This document shows, one piece after another, positions 18,589-27,384 of a DNA stretch of 64,000 nt. The DNA is from an uncultured Candidatus Saccharibacteria bacterium (GTDB lineage Bacteria > Patescibacteriota > Saccharimonadia > UBA4664 > CAZJNH01), in the NCBI GenBank assembly GCA_964547425.1, contig CAZJNH010000005.1:17703-81702 (forward strand), given 5' to 3'. Position numbers and translations under genes: made by a program. Position 1 is the stretch's first letter, and each line of letters begins with the position of its first letter. The notes under the pieces are model-generated. The model was not told where the DNA came from, did not search any database, and worked only from the letters and a program-made list of their open reading frames with translations.

Positions 18589-20694
18589 TTACTGGTCGAC
18601 GGCTTTTTTGGAGAGCTTGAGACGTCCTTGGGGATCAATCTCGGTTAACTTAACCTTTATGATATCACCTTCCTTCAGCTCATCCTCAACTTTCTCAACC
18701 CGGTGGTCGGCGATCTGTGAGATGTGTAAGAGGCCGTCTTTGCCCGGCATAATCTCTACGAACGCGCCAAAGTCTTTGATCGAAACGACTTTGCCTTCGT
18801 AGATCCGGCCGATCTCGGGGTCTTCGGTCAGACCCTTGATCCATTCAATCGCCTTTTCGGCGGCGGGCTGGTCATTTGATGCAATCATCACGAGTCCGTT
18901 GTCCTCGATGTCGATCTCGACTCCGGTTTCGGCGATGATCTTATTGATCATTTCGCCGCCTTTGCCGATAACCACTTTGATCTTGTCGGGGCTAATCATC
19001 AGCTTGTGGATCTGCGGCGCGAATTTGGACAGTTCGGCCCGCGGCTTGTCGAGCGCTGCCATCATCTTACCCATAATGTGAGCCCGGCCTTCCTTAGCTT
19101 GAGCTAGCGCATGGCGCATAATCTCGGGCGTAATGCCTTTAACTTTAATGTCCATCTGCAGGGCGGTAATACCGTCGTCGGTCCCGGCCACCTTAAAGTC
19201 CATGTCACCGGCAAAGTCCTCGGCTCCGGCGATGTCGGACAGGATCACAAACTGGTCACCATCGGTCATCAGTCCCATAGCGATTCCGGCCACCGGCTTT
19301 ACCAGCGGCACTCCGGCGTCCATTAGTGAAAGGGTTGAACCGCAAACACTGGCCATGCTGGTCGAACCGTTTGAGGCCAAAGCCTCCGACACGGTGCGAA
19401 TAGTGTAAGGAAACTCCTCGACATCGGGAATCATCGGCTCTAACGCCCGCTCGGCCAAGGCTCCGTGGCCAATTTCGCGGCGGCCCGGGCTACGCATTGG
19501 GCGCACTTCGCCGGTCGAGTATGGCGGGAAGTTGTAGTGGTGCAAATAGCGTTTGGTAGTGTCCTCTTCCATAGTGTCGATCAACTGGGCGAAACTCGTT
19601 GACGCCAAGGTCGTAATGTTCAGGATCTGCGTAGTGCCTCGAGTAAACAGCGCCGAACCGTGGGTCCGGGGCAAAACTCCGACTTCGCAGGTAATCGGGC
19701 GAATCTCGGTGGTCTTGCGGTTGTCCGGCCGGTGGCCTTCGGAGAGAATCGCCCGGCGGATTTCTTTGTCGATAGCTTTGTCGAAAGCCACTTTAATCTG
19801 GTCGATCGCGTGATCACCTTCGAATTTGGCGATGACTTCTTTGGCTAGATTCCCCAGTGTGTCGTGGCGGGTGTACTGGTTCTCGTGGCGAACGGCGGCG
19901 CCCAGCTTGTCTTTGAGGTAATCGTCGACTTGCTTGGCTAGGCTCTCATCAACCTTATAAAGCTCAAATTCCTTCTCTTTGACGCCTAGTTCCTTGCGCA
20001 TCTGCTCCTGCAGCTCGATCACCGGTTGGATGGTCTTGTGCGCCAGCTCAATAGCCTTAATCATGGTCTCTTCATCGACTTCGCTGGCCCCGGCTTCGAC
20101 CATCATAATGGCGTCCTTAGTGCCGGCAACGGTCAGGTCGAGTTGGCTGTTTTCCAGCTGTTCGGTGGTTGGGAACGGCACGAGCTCGCCGTTAACCAGT
20201 CCGACCCGGATGCCGGCAACCGGGCCTTCAAAGGGCGCGCCGGACAGGTTTAGAGCCGCCGAAATGGCGGTGATGGCAATGATGTCAGGTGAGTGGATTA
20301 AGTCGGCCGACAACACCGTCGCCACGCCCTGAACATCGTTGCGGTAGCCTTTGGGAAACAATGGCCGGATCGGCCGGTCGATTAAGCGCGCCGATAGCGT
20401 TGCGTGCTCGCTGGCACGGCCTTCTCTTTTAATAAAGCGCGAGCCGGAGATTTTGCCGGCGGCGTACATCCGCTCTTCGTAATCAATCAAAAGCGGGAAA
20501 AAGTCGATGCCTTCGCGCGGCTGGTTAGCCACCACAACGGTGCCCAAAACCACCGTATCGCCATAGCGGACGGTCACGGCGGCGTCGGCCAAAAAGGCCA
20601 TTTTGCCCGTTTCGATTGTTAGTTTGCGTCCCGCGAATTCGGTTTCGAATCGCTTAATATTGTCCGCGTCGTGCGGACCAATCAGGTTTTCCAT
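18589..20694 (-). CDS. pnp: Polyribonucleotide nucleotidyltransferase
   Basis: FFPLLIDYEE, RREIGHG, DMDFKVAG, KH and S1 domains. Confidence 0.98.
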   Translation of the reverse strand: MENLIGPHDADNIKRFETEFAGRKLTIETGKMAFLADAAVTVRYGDTVVLGTVVVANQPREGIDFFPLLIDYEERMYAAGKISGSRFIKREGRASEHATLSARLIDRPIRPLFPKGYRNDVQGVATVLSADLIHSPDIIAITAISAALNLSGAPFEGPVAGIRVGLVNGELVPFPTTEQLENSQLDLTVAGTKDAIMMVEAGASEVDEETMIKAIELAHKTIQPVIELQEQMRKELGVKEKEFELYKVDESLAKQVDDYLKDKLGAAVRHENQYTRHDTLGNLAKEVIAKFEGDHAIDQIKVAFDKAIDKEIRRAILSEGHRPDNRKTTEIRPITCEVGVLPRTHGSALFTRGTTQILNITTLASTSFAQLIDTMEEDTTKRYLHHYNFPPYSTGEVRPMRSPGRREIGHGALAERALEPMIPDVEEFPYTIRTVSEALASNGSTSMASVCGSTLSLMDAGVPLVKPVAGIAMGLMTDGDQFVILSDIAGAEDFAGDMDFKVAGTDDGITALQMDIKVKGITPEIMRHALAQAKEGRAHIMGKMMAALDKPRAELSKFAPQIHKLMISPDKIKVVIGKGGEMINKIIAETGVEIDIEDNGLVMIASNDQPAAEKAIEWIKGLTEDPEIGRIYEGKVVSIKDFGAFVEIMPGKDGLLHISQIADHRVEKVEDELKEGDIIKVKLTEIDPQGRLKLSKKAVDQ

Positions 20695-20713
20695 TTACTC
20701 CTTTAATTTTGGT

Positions 20714-20769
20714 GAGTAAGTTTCAGGGTCCAGACCCGCCTCGGCGGATCAAAACTCTGCCACTTACTA
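20714..20769 (-). promoter_or_regulatory. pnp leader stem-loop (probable processing/autoregulation stem)
   Basis: Long imperfect hairpin AGTAAGT...GATCCGCCGAGGCGGGTC...ACTTACT between rpsO and pnp. Confidence 0.5.
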
Positions 20770-20790
20770 ACCTCTAATTATTTAATGTGC

Positions 20791-21057
20791 TTAGCGCCGA
20801 AGATCGAGCTTTTTGAGGATCGCCGTGTAGCGCTTGATGTCGGTCTTTTGCAGATACTCGAGCAGACTGCGCCGTTTGCCGACCATTTTGACCAAGCCGC
20901 GGCGGCTGTGCTCATCCTTTTTGTGGGTCTTCAAGTGCTTGGTCAGTTCTTTGATTTTCTCGGTGAAAATCGCGACCTGAACCTCCGGTGAACCGGTGTC
21001 TTTCTTGTGGGTCGCAACCCCGCTGATTACTTTGGATTTTTCGGCGGTTTTTAGCAT
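20791..21057 (-). CDS. rpsO: 30S ribosomal protein S15
   Basis: [21 protein letters not shown]; start moved to ATG 21057. Confidence 0.97.
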   Translation of the reverse strand: MLKTAEKSKVISGVATHKKDTGSPEVQVAIFTEKIKELTKHLKTHKKDEHSRRGLVKMVGKRRSLLEYLQKTDIKRYTAILKKLDLRR

Positions 21058-21163
21058 CGCAATGGGTAATTCTACCAGTTCCGCTCTCACGTTTCAACCA
21101 TTAGGGTTAACTTGATAATTGCGTTTGCGGGAGTCGGCCAAGTGCCGACCCCCGCTGTGTTCC

Positions 21164-21415
21164 TCAGTCCGTCATGAGGCGATCCTCAGTTAATGCGAAC
21201 AACCATAGCATCTTCGCATGACGCGGAGAGGTTACGAGAAGTCGCGCTTCCTCCGCCGAGATGCCAGCGAGACGGATCATCTCTAGCAAGCGGCGAGGTG
21301 TAGGAACGGAACTTCTGTGAGGCGTTGAGGCATCGAGCGCCGACTGAATACGATCTAGGTCATCGGCCGAGAGATCGTCGTCGAGGGCGCGCTCGAGCAG
21401 TTCAATAGCGGTCAC
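21164..21415 (-). CDS. Orphan 83-aa protein
   Basis: Own promoter, AAAGGAAAG SD, hairpin after the stop (21126-21155). Confidence 0.55.
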   Translation of the reverse strand: MTAIELLERALDDDLSADDLDRIQSALDASTPHRSSVPTPRRLLEMIRLAGISAEEARLLVTSPRHAKMLWLFALTEDRLMTD

Positions 21416-21519
21416 TGTCTTTCCTTTCGTTTCACGGAAATGAACAGGGTCGCTTTAATAGGAGGTGTGTCTGACAATGTGGTCAGTATTACACGCAAAA
21501 CTCCTCACTTGAGGGGACA

Positions 21520-21587
21520 TTTGAAAGAGCGTAGAGCGTAATTAGTTTACACTATTTATGCTTATCTGTCAATAGCTGTTATGGTTA
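21520..21587 (-). promoter_or_regulatory. Sigma70 promoter with boxA-like and upstream TAACCATAAC motifs
   Basis: TTGACA-17-TAAACT, then GCTCTTTCAAA. Confidence 0.7.
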
Positions 21588-21663
21588 CCTTTCGTCCTTT
21601 TGGACTCATCAGAGTGAACACGCATTCACTGAGGTTGCCCGGTTTAACCCCCGGGCTGGGCTT

Positions 21664-21903
21664 TCAGTCGAATACGAAACCAATTCGTTCGTAATCTTGC
21701 TTTCGTGAGTAAGGCGCGCCCAGTAGGATGCGCACTTCTTCCCAAAAGTGATGGACGCTCTGCACCGTAAAGAGCTCTGTGCCTGGAGCGGGCTGGATGG
21801 CTTCACCCACAACAGGCAAACGCTCCCAGGGGTGATCTTCCAGAACGAGTTCGCCCCAGCCGACCTCACAATCGATGTACAAGACCAGTTTCATTTTCCC
21901 CAC
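21664..21903 (-). CDS. Orphan 79-aa protein
   Basis: AGGAGG SD; beta-rich RLPVVGE..I pattern. Confidence 0.6.
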   Translation of the reverse strand: MGKMKLVLYIDCEVGWGELVLEDHPWERLPVVGEAIQPAPGTELFTVQSVHHFWEEVRILLGAPYSRKQDYERIGFVFD

Positions 21904-21906
21904 CTC

Positions 21907-22224
21907 CTAGCCTTCTCTGTCGAGCTGGATCCGACAGTGGATCAAGACGTCGTGTCCGTTCACGATATCCGGACAACTTGGTTTGCCGTGGAAGGTCCCC
22001 GAACGTTCGTGGGTTGTGCCATCCGGACGCTGGTAAACACCCAGGAAGCTGCCGGTCTTTACCCAAGTGGTAGACGCAGGCTGGATCGGCACTGGACTAG
22101 GAGTCGGTACCTCCCGGTGCGAAGCCGCGCCGCCAAGGCCGATGATGGCGAATCCGCCGGCAAAAGCGGCGATCGCCACCCATACCGCGATCTTGCGCAA
22201 CTGCTTTTTTCTGCGGTAACGCAT
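21907..22224 (-). CDS. Orphan secreted or membrane-anchored protein
   Basis: AGGAGG SD; basic N-terminus, hydrophobic helix, two Cys. Confidence 0.6.
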   Translation of the reverse strand: MRYRRKKQLRKIAVWVAIAAFAGGFAIIGLGGAASHREVPTPSPVPIQPASTTWVKTGSFLGVYQRPDGTTHERSGTFHGKPSCPDIVNGHDVLIHCRIQLDREG

Positions 22225-22246
22225 CCCATCCTCCTGCGTTTGAATA

Positions 22247-22307
22247 TGTCGAAGAGCTCACGAGATCTTACATTAAAACTGCTTATCTGTCAATACCTGT
22301 TATGGTT
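22247..22307 (-). promoter_or_regulatory. Sigma70 promoter, near-duplicate of the one at 21559-21586
   Basis: TTGACA-17-TAAGAT, then GCTCTTCGACA; 27/28 identity around -35. Confidence 0.7.
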
Positions 22308-22325
22308 CGTGATAGGATTAGATTT

Positions 22326-22562
22326 ATGCATTGGCAGGACATTGTATTGGCAGCTGGATCGTTCGTTTTTGCCGTGGCCTTAATTCCTACAGTATTAAGC
22401 AAAGAGAAGCCGCCACTATCGACCAGCCTGCTGACCGGCATAACCTTGCTGGTATTTGCGGTCGTCTACGCCACTCTCTCATTATGGCTATCCTTCTTCA
22501 GCACCTGTATAACGGCCGCGCTTTGGCTGACGATCGCGGCTCAAAGACTGATTAAAGTCTGA
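22326..22562 (+). CDS. Small 3-TM membrane protein (PQ-loop/SemiSWEET-like)
   Basis: ALIPTVL and three hydrophobic helices. Confidence 0.55.
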   Translation: MHWQDIVLAAGSFVFAVALIPTVLSKEKPPLSTSLLTGITLLVFAVVYATLSLWLSFFSTCITAALWLTIAAQRLIKV

Positions 22563-23203
22563 TTTATTTGTTCGGCGGAGGTATCGAGATCAACCGCATC
22601 CACGAGCTTAAAGTCACCGATTTCGGCTCGAGCGAGTTTCGATAAATATGCGCCTGCGCCGAGTTTTTGGCCAATATCTTGCGCTAAAGATCGTATGTAA
22701 GTGCCGCTTGAAACCTTGGCGGTAAAAGTGATCAGCGGATAGCGGTAATCGTTTAGTTTGGTGCTATGAATAGTTACTTTTCTCGAAGGGATTTCAACTT
22801 CTTGGCCTTTGCGGGCCAGTTTATAGGCCCGCTGGCCACCGACTTTGATGGCCGAAAATTGGGGCGGAGTTTGGTCTTGTTGACCAACAAATGAGTTCAA
22901 TACGGTTTCGACTTTTTTGGCCGTCGGGACATCATTATTTATTTTGTTCAATTCGCCCTCGGCATCGCCGGTAGTGGACTCAAAACCTAACGTCAGTTCG
23001 GCCTCATAAACTTTATCGAGTATGGAATAATTGCTGGCGGCCTTCGTCGCTGACCCGAATAACATTATCATCAAACCGGTCGCGAGAGGATCCAATGTCC
23101 CCGCATGCCCTATCTTCTTGAACCCGGTGATACGCCGAAGCTTGCGGATCACATCAAAAGACGAGATCCCCTTGGGCTTATTCACCAGTAGAATTCCATT
23201 CAT
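22541..23203 (-). CDS. truB: tRNA pseudouridine(55) synthase
   Basis: KIGHAGTLDPLATG, SGTYIRSLAQD. Confidence 0.97.
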   Translation of the reverse strand: MNGILLVNKPKGISSFDVIRKLRRITGFKKIGHAGTLDPLATGLMIMLFGSATKAASNYSILDKVYEAELTLGFESTTGDAEGELNKINNDVPTAKKVETVLNSFVGQQDQTPPQFSAIKVGGQRAYKLARKGQEVEIPSRKVTIHSTKLNDYRYPLITFTAKVSSGTYIRSLAQDIGQKLGAGAYLSKLARAEIGDFKLVDAVDLDTSAEQINQTLISL

Positions 23204-23221
23204 AAAGTAACTCTACTGGTC

Positions 23222-23327
23222 AAACTCTAAGATTCAAACTCTAAGTCCTAAGTAAGTTTCAGGATTAAAGTCTTAAGTCTTTGAACTTTAATCTTACTTA
23301 GAGTTTAGAACTTAGTTCTTAGAGTTT
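23222..23327. repeat. Heptamer-built palindromic element, copy 1
   Basis: AAACTCTAAG...CTTAGAGTTT terminal inverted repeats; related copies at 47381 and 59274. Confidence 0.75.
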
Positions 23328-24399
23328 ACGGCTCCAGGAAGCTGGCGAGTCCAGACTTGATGTGGTCAGGGAGCTCGAACTCAATTCTAGCTTCAGATTC
23401 CAGATCTTCGGCGGGTCCTTCGGCTTCCACTCTCGGTTGGGCTATTACCTCTGGCCGCTCTTCCATCTTCTCGGTGGGTTGAGGTTTGTCTTCAGACTTC
23501 GGCGGCTCAGCCTTCTCTGCCTTCTCGGCGCTGGCTTCTGGCAGCTGTTCTTTCTTCTGAGGCTCTGGATTCTTCAACTCGGCCAACTTCTTCAGCTCCT
23601 GCTGATTCTTCTCAGCTTGCTGCTGATGATCAGTGGCTGGTTCATGATGCCCAAACAATCCTTTGACTACCTTTGGCTGGTCAGCACCCGCGGCTATTAA
23701 CTGCGCTGAGAGAGTCAAAGATTTAGCCGTAGTGTGAGGGGCGGTGAAACGATCCGTTGATGCATACAGGCCGGCTAGCAGGGTTGTCGCGATCTCCTCA
23801 TCCAGGCTAACCTGCAAAGATTCCGCCAACGCGGCTAGAATCTCGCACAAACTGGCGGCCTGGCCATCGATTAAGTTAACCGCCGCGAAGTTCTCGTTTG
23901 AGCGATGGAAATCGATGTTAATCATCGGCACCTTGGCCGTGAATTCAGGGTGAGCCGAGATAACCTTGTCGATCCGGTCGCGGGCAGGAACACCCAAAAC
24001 GATGGCCAGGTCGTAGTTGTACTGCCCATGGTCAAACGTGACGTCGCCTTTATCAAAGCTGCCCGAGAACGGAGTAATAAATAAGTTCAGTTTGCCGTCT
24101 TCAATGGTGTAGCGCAGTTTGTCGATCTCGGCTTTAGATAAGCCCAACCGAATAATGAAGTCCCTCGAACCGCCTAGCTGCTTCTCGAGCTGATCCAGGG
24201 CGAGGAAGTTCAGTTTGTGGGGCAGTTGGTCGGAGATGACCGCGTTCACCCGCTTGCCCAGCTTGCGCAAAATCAACATCATCGCCAAAACCGCCGCGGC
24301 TTGGTCGGGCGTTGGCCGGTGGCCGGCGGTAACTAGAATCGTCTCGGCCTGTTTTATGGCTTCGGACGCTTGCTGTTTGGGATTTACGGTTTGTTCCAT
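23326..24399 (-). CDS. Degenerate DHH-family phosphoesterase-like protein
   Basis: INIDFHRSN (DHH changed to DFH), ASLCEI, ATTLLAGL..STDRF; charged low-complexity tail. Confidence 0.7.
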   Translation of the reverse strand: MEQTVNPKQQASEAIKQAETILVTAGHRPTPDQAAAVLAMMLILRKLGKRVNAVISDQLPHKLNFLALDQLEKQLGGSRDFIIRLGLSKAEIDKLRYTIEDGKLNLFITPFSGSFDKGDVTFDHGQYNYDLAIVLGVPARDRIDKVISAHPEFTAKVPMINIDFHRSNENFAAVNLIDGQAASLCEILAALAESLQVSLDEEIATTLLAGLYASTDRFTAPHTTAKSLTLSAQLIAAGADQPKVVKGLFGHHEPATDHQQQAEKNQQELKKLAELKNPEPQKKEQLPEASAEKAEKAEPPKSEDKPQPTEKMEERPEVIAQPRVEAEGPAEDLESEARIEFELPDHIKSGLASFLEP

Positions 24400-24459
24400 C
24401 TGGCTTCCTCGAAAAATACGATGGTCAAGAGTATCAAAAAACCGCCTTTGAGTCAACCA

Positions 24460-24502
24460 TAAAAGAAATCCCGCACCCTTCTTACGAAAGGTGCGGGACT
24501 TG
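24460..24502 (-). terminator. Terminator of the whiB-like cassette
   Basis: TCCCGCACCTTT-CGTAAG-AAGGGTGCGGGA followed by TTTCTTTT. Confidence 0.75.
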
Positions 24503-24512
24503 AGCCCCTCCC

Positions 24513-24845
24513 CTAGACGGGCTCAACCACGGGCCGCCGGTCCGGTCTGGACAGATAGCCGCCCTTTGGTTTCTGTATCAGGCCGAGGTAACGACGCAGA
24601 TCGCGCCTGTCCTGTTCAGTAACTCCGCCCCGGATGCCGTACTCCTCGTCGATGCCTTCCCACAAACAGTCCAGGCTGACATCACACGTTCGGCAAACCG
24701 CCTTCGCGGCCGCTATCTGCAAGAGCGCCGGCCCGGTAGTTCCGGATGGGAAGAACAGCTCCACATCCATCGTCTTGCACAGGCCCCGGCTCCAAACACT
24801 GCCCGACACACAGGATTCCTGCAGTTCCTGCTCGGTTGTCGCCAC
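24513..24845 (-). CDS. whiB: WhiB-family (WhiB1/WblE-like) Fe-S transcription factor
   Basis: Four Cys (C..ELFFPSGTTGPALLQIAAAKAVCRTC.V..DC), GIRGG for the G[VI]WGG turn, TEQDRRDLRR; promoter TGGACA-17-TATTAT and GAGAGGGG SD. Confidence 0.9.
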   Translation of the reverse strand: MATTEQELQESCVSGSVWSRGLCKTMDVELFFPSGTTGPALLQIAAAKAVCRTCDVSLDCLWEGIDEEYGIRGGVTEQDRRDLRRYLGLIQKPKGGYLSRPDRRPVVEPV

Positions 24846-24966
24846 TGCACCCCTCTCGGTTCGTGCCTCCCCACTACCGTTTGGCTGGAAAATAATACTC
24901 CCAACTCGCTTTGTTGTCCAGATACTCCTTTACAAAGCCCCTTCTGTAAGATAGACTTTTCGAGTT

Positions 24967-25284
24967 ATGCCGATCATCAAATCAGCAATTAAGCGCGCGA
25001 AGCAGTCAGAAGTCCACCGCTTGCGCAACCTCAAAGTCAAAACCGCCATCAAAAAAGATATGCGGGCGGTTCTTGACGATGCCGCGGCCAAGGACGTCAA
25101 TGCCAAATTAAGCGCCGCTTTCTCGAAGATCGACAAAGCCGTCAAAACCGGCCTGATCCACAAAAACACCGCTGCCCGCCGCAAATCCAGGCTGGCTCGA
25201 ACCGTCAATCTATCCGCCAAAGCCAAGCCGGCGGCCAAAGCTACTGCTCCAACGAAGACTGCACCCGCCAAAAAGGCGGAATAA
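24967..25284 (+). CDS. rpsT: 30S ribosomal protein S20
   Basis: [27 protein letters not shown]. Confidence 0.97.
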   Translation: MPIIKSAIKRAKQSEVHRLRNLKVKTAIKKDMRAVLDDAAAKDVNAKLSAAFSKIDKAVKTGLIHKNTAARRKSRLARTVNLSAKAKPAAKATAPTKTAPAKKAE

Positions 25285-25475
25285 TGGCTGATCGGGAGGG
25301 TCCGGTCAGGGAAATGATCGAACTGACCGAACAGTTGGAGCGGCATCTTAAACTGCTACGTGATTACGCCGCTTCCCCGGGTGACTTGTGGCTGGCGCGC
25401 GGCGAACTCGCGAAGGCTAACGCCGCGCTGGCTGAAGCCGCCAAGCTTCTTAATGAAATTGAATCTATCGATTAA
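25284..25475 (+). CDS. 63-aa helical hypothetical protein
   Basis: TAATG coupling to rpsT; amphipathic helices. Confidence 0.5.
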   Translation: MADREGPVREMIELTEQLERHLKLLRDYAASPGDLWLARGELAKANAALAEAAKLLNEIESID

Positions 25476-26400
25476 CCAGCTGGCAAACGCGATAAATTAA
25501 CCGCTCAACCAGCACCTCGGCCTCACCCAGGCCGCTTTTTATTTCGTACTCAGTTTCCAGAGACAGCAGGAAAGCCTTCTTGAGAGTTTCCTCCGAGAAT
25601 TCACCGCGCTTGGCCATGGCTTTACCGGCCACAAACGGCGACATCCCGGCCTTTTGGGCCAGTTCGTCCGGCGTGATAGTCCCCGCGGTTTTGGCCAGCA
25701 ATAAGTTACGCAGCTGCCAAGTGACCATTGTTAAAACGTAATGGGCATTCATCTGCTGCTCCAGCAGGTTTCGGTAATCGCTTAAAGCCTGCTTCAGCCG
25801 GCCGGCCGACATCGCCTCCACCAGATCAAAAATAGTCTGGCTGGGGCTTTCAACCACCAACTCCTCAACCTCTTTGAGACCAATCGTCTCGCCAAAGTTA
25901 GCCAGCTTCTGGATCTCGTTGTGGAGCCGCCACTGGTCATCCCCCGTGATATCAATAAGCTTTTTGACCGCCGGCTGATCCGCCTTACTGCCCAGCCTTT
26001 CAAACTCCCGCTTAGTCCAAGCCTCGAGCTTCGGCGGTATCAGGTTGTCAAACTTCACGGTCTGAGCTTTCTTCGATAATTGCTTGAAGTACGAGGTTCG
26101 CTGATCAACCGCGTCGTCATAGAAGACAGCCACCGTAGTGTCTGGGATCTGGTCAATTAATTTACTCATATTCTCGGCCGCGGCTTTGTTTTGACCAAGA
26201 TTCTCGATCACCACCAGCCGGCTGTTGGCCAAAAACGGTACCGAAGTCAGGCTCGCTAGCAGGGTTTGATCGTTGGTTTCGACACCATTTATCCGCTCAA
26301 GCCCCATATCGCCACCGGATTGTTTGACATAAGCATGTGTCATTTCGCGAATCTTCTGCCGCGCCGCGAAGCTGTTTGGCCCGTAGAAAAAGAAAATCAT
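25465..26400 (-). CDS. holA: DNA polymerase III delta subunit
   Basis: MIFFFYGPN, PFLANSRLVVI, NEIQKL, IFDLVEA, IKSG; start moved to 26400. Confidence 0.9.
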   Translation of the reverse strand: MIFFFYGPNSFAARQKIREMTHAYVKQSGGDMGLERINGVETNDQTLLASLTSVPFLANSRLVVIENLGQNKAAAENMSKLIDQIPDTTVAVFYDDAVDQRTSYFKQLSKKAQTVKFDNLIPPKLEAWTKREFERLGSKADQPAVKKLIDITGDDQWRLHNEIQKLANFGETIGLKEVEELVVESPSQTIFDLVEAMSAGRLKQALSDYRNLLEQQMNAHYVLTMVTWQLRNLLLAKTAGTITPDELAQKAGMSPFVAGKAMAKRGEFSEETLKKAFLLSLETEYEIKSGLGEAEVLVERLIYRVCQLVNR

Positions 26401-27296
26401 TTCGGCGCCTTCTGGCACTTTGGGCAGAAATGGGTGCCGCGGCCGGCTACTCGAATCTTTTTGACCTCGGTGCCGCAAACTGGGCAGGGCTGGCCTTGGC
26501 GACGGAAGACGCGCGCAAGATCCAAGTAATCTCCTTTGCCACCCATATGATTAACGTAATTCCTCACGCTCGACCCGCCATGCTTAATTCCAAGTGTGAT
26601 TATATCTTTGATGGCCTGGTGCAACCGCTTGATCTCAGCCGGGGTAAGTGATCCTGCTAACCGTAAGGGATGAATCTTAGCCAAGTGCAGGCTCTCATCG
26701 GCGTAGATATTACCGACGCCTGAAACCGTTGATTGGTCGAGAATAACAGGTTTGATTGGCGATTTCGGACGGCGTTTGATGACTTTCGTGAAGCTATCAA
26801 GCGTGAAGTCTTTCGATAATGGCTCGGGACCTAATCTGGAAATCAACGGGTCGCGATCTACCATTGATGATTCCACCAGCTTGATCCAGCCAAACTTGCG
26901 TTGGTCGTTAAAGAACAGTTTGTCGCCGGTTTTGAACTCAAAAATTACCCGGGTCGATTTGTCCGGCAACTCGTCAACCATCGATGGCGACGGATGGCCT
27001 CCAACCTTACGGACATTTGACACTTGACCCTTAACCTCTGACTTGTGATCCCAGACCAATTGGCCGGTCATTTTGAGATGCACCAGAAGAGAATGGGAGC
27101 CAGAAAGATTAATGACTAAGACTTTGGCGCGGCGTTCGATACCATCGAACTTCGCGCCGATAACAAGCTTTTTTATCTCTTCGGCGGATGAGTGAAAAGA
27201 CTTGGCCCAGTCGATTTTTACGCCAGAAATCGTCTGGCCAACCAGGCCTTGCTCAAGCCCGCGCTTAATTGTCTCCACTTCGGGTAATTCTGGCAT
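26397..27296 (-). CDS. mutM: Formamidopyrimidine-DNA glycosylase
   Basis: MPELPEVE, HLKMTG, GVGNIYADE, C-terminal zinc finger. Confidence 0.97.
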   Translation of the reverse strand: MPELPEVETIKRGLEQGLVGQTISGVKIDWAKSFHSSAEEIKKLVIGAKFDGIERRAKVLVINLSGSHSLLVHLKMTGQLVWDHKSEVKGQVSNVRKVGGHPSPSMVDELPDKSTRVIFEFKTGDKLFFNDQRKFGWIKLVESSMVDRDPLISRLGPEPLSKDFTLDSFTKVIKRRPKSPIKPVILDQSTVSGVGNIYADESLHLAKIHPLRLAGSLTPAEIKRLHQAIKDIITLGIKHGGSSVRNYVNHMGGKGDYLDLARVFRRQGQPCPVCGTEVKKIRVAGRGTHFCPKCQKAPK

Positions 27297-27384
27297 GCAG
27301 CCATTATCCTATCTGAAAGTTTGTTTGACAAAGCTCAGATAGCATCAGATAGTATTGAAAGCATTACCGTTTCGAGGAAGATGA

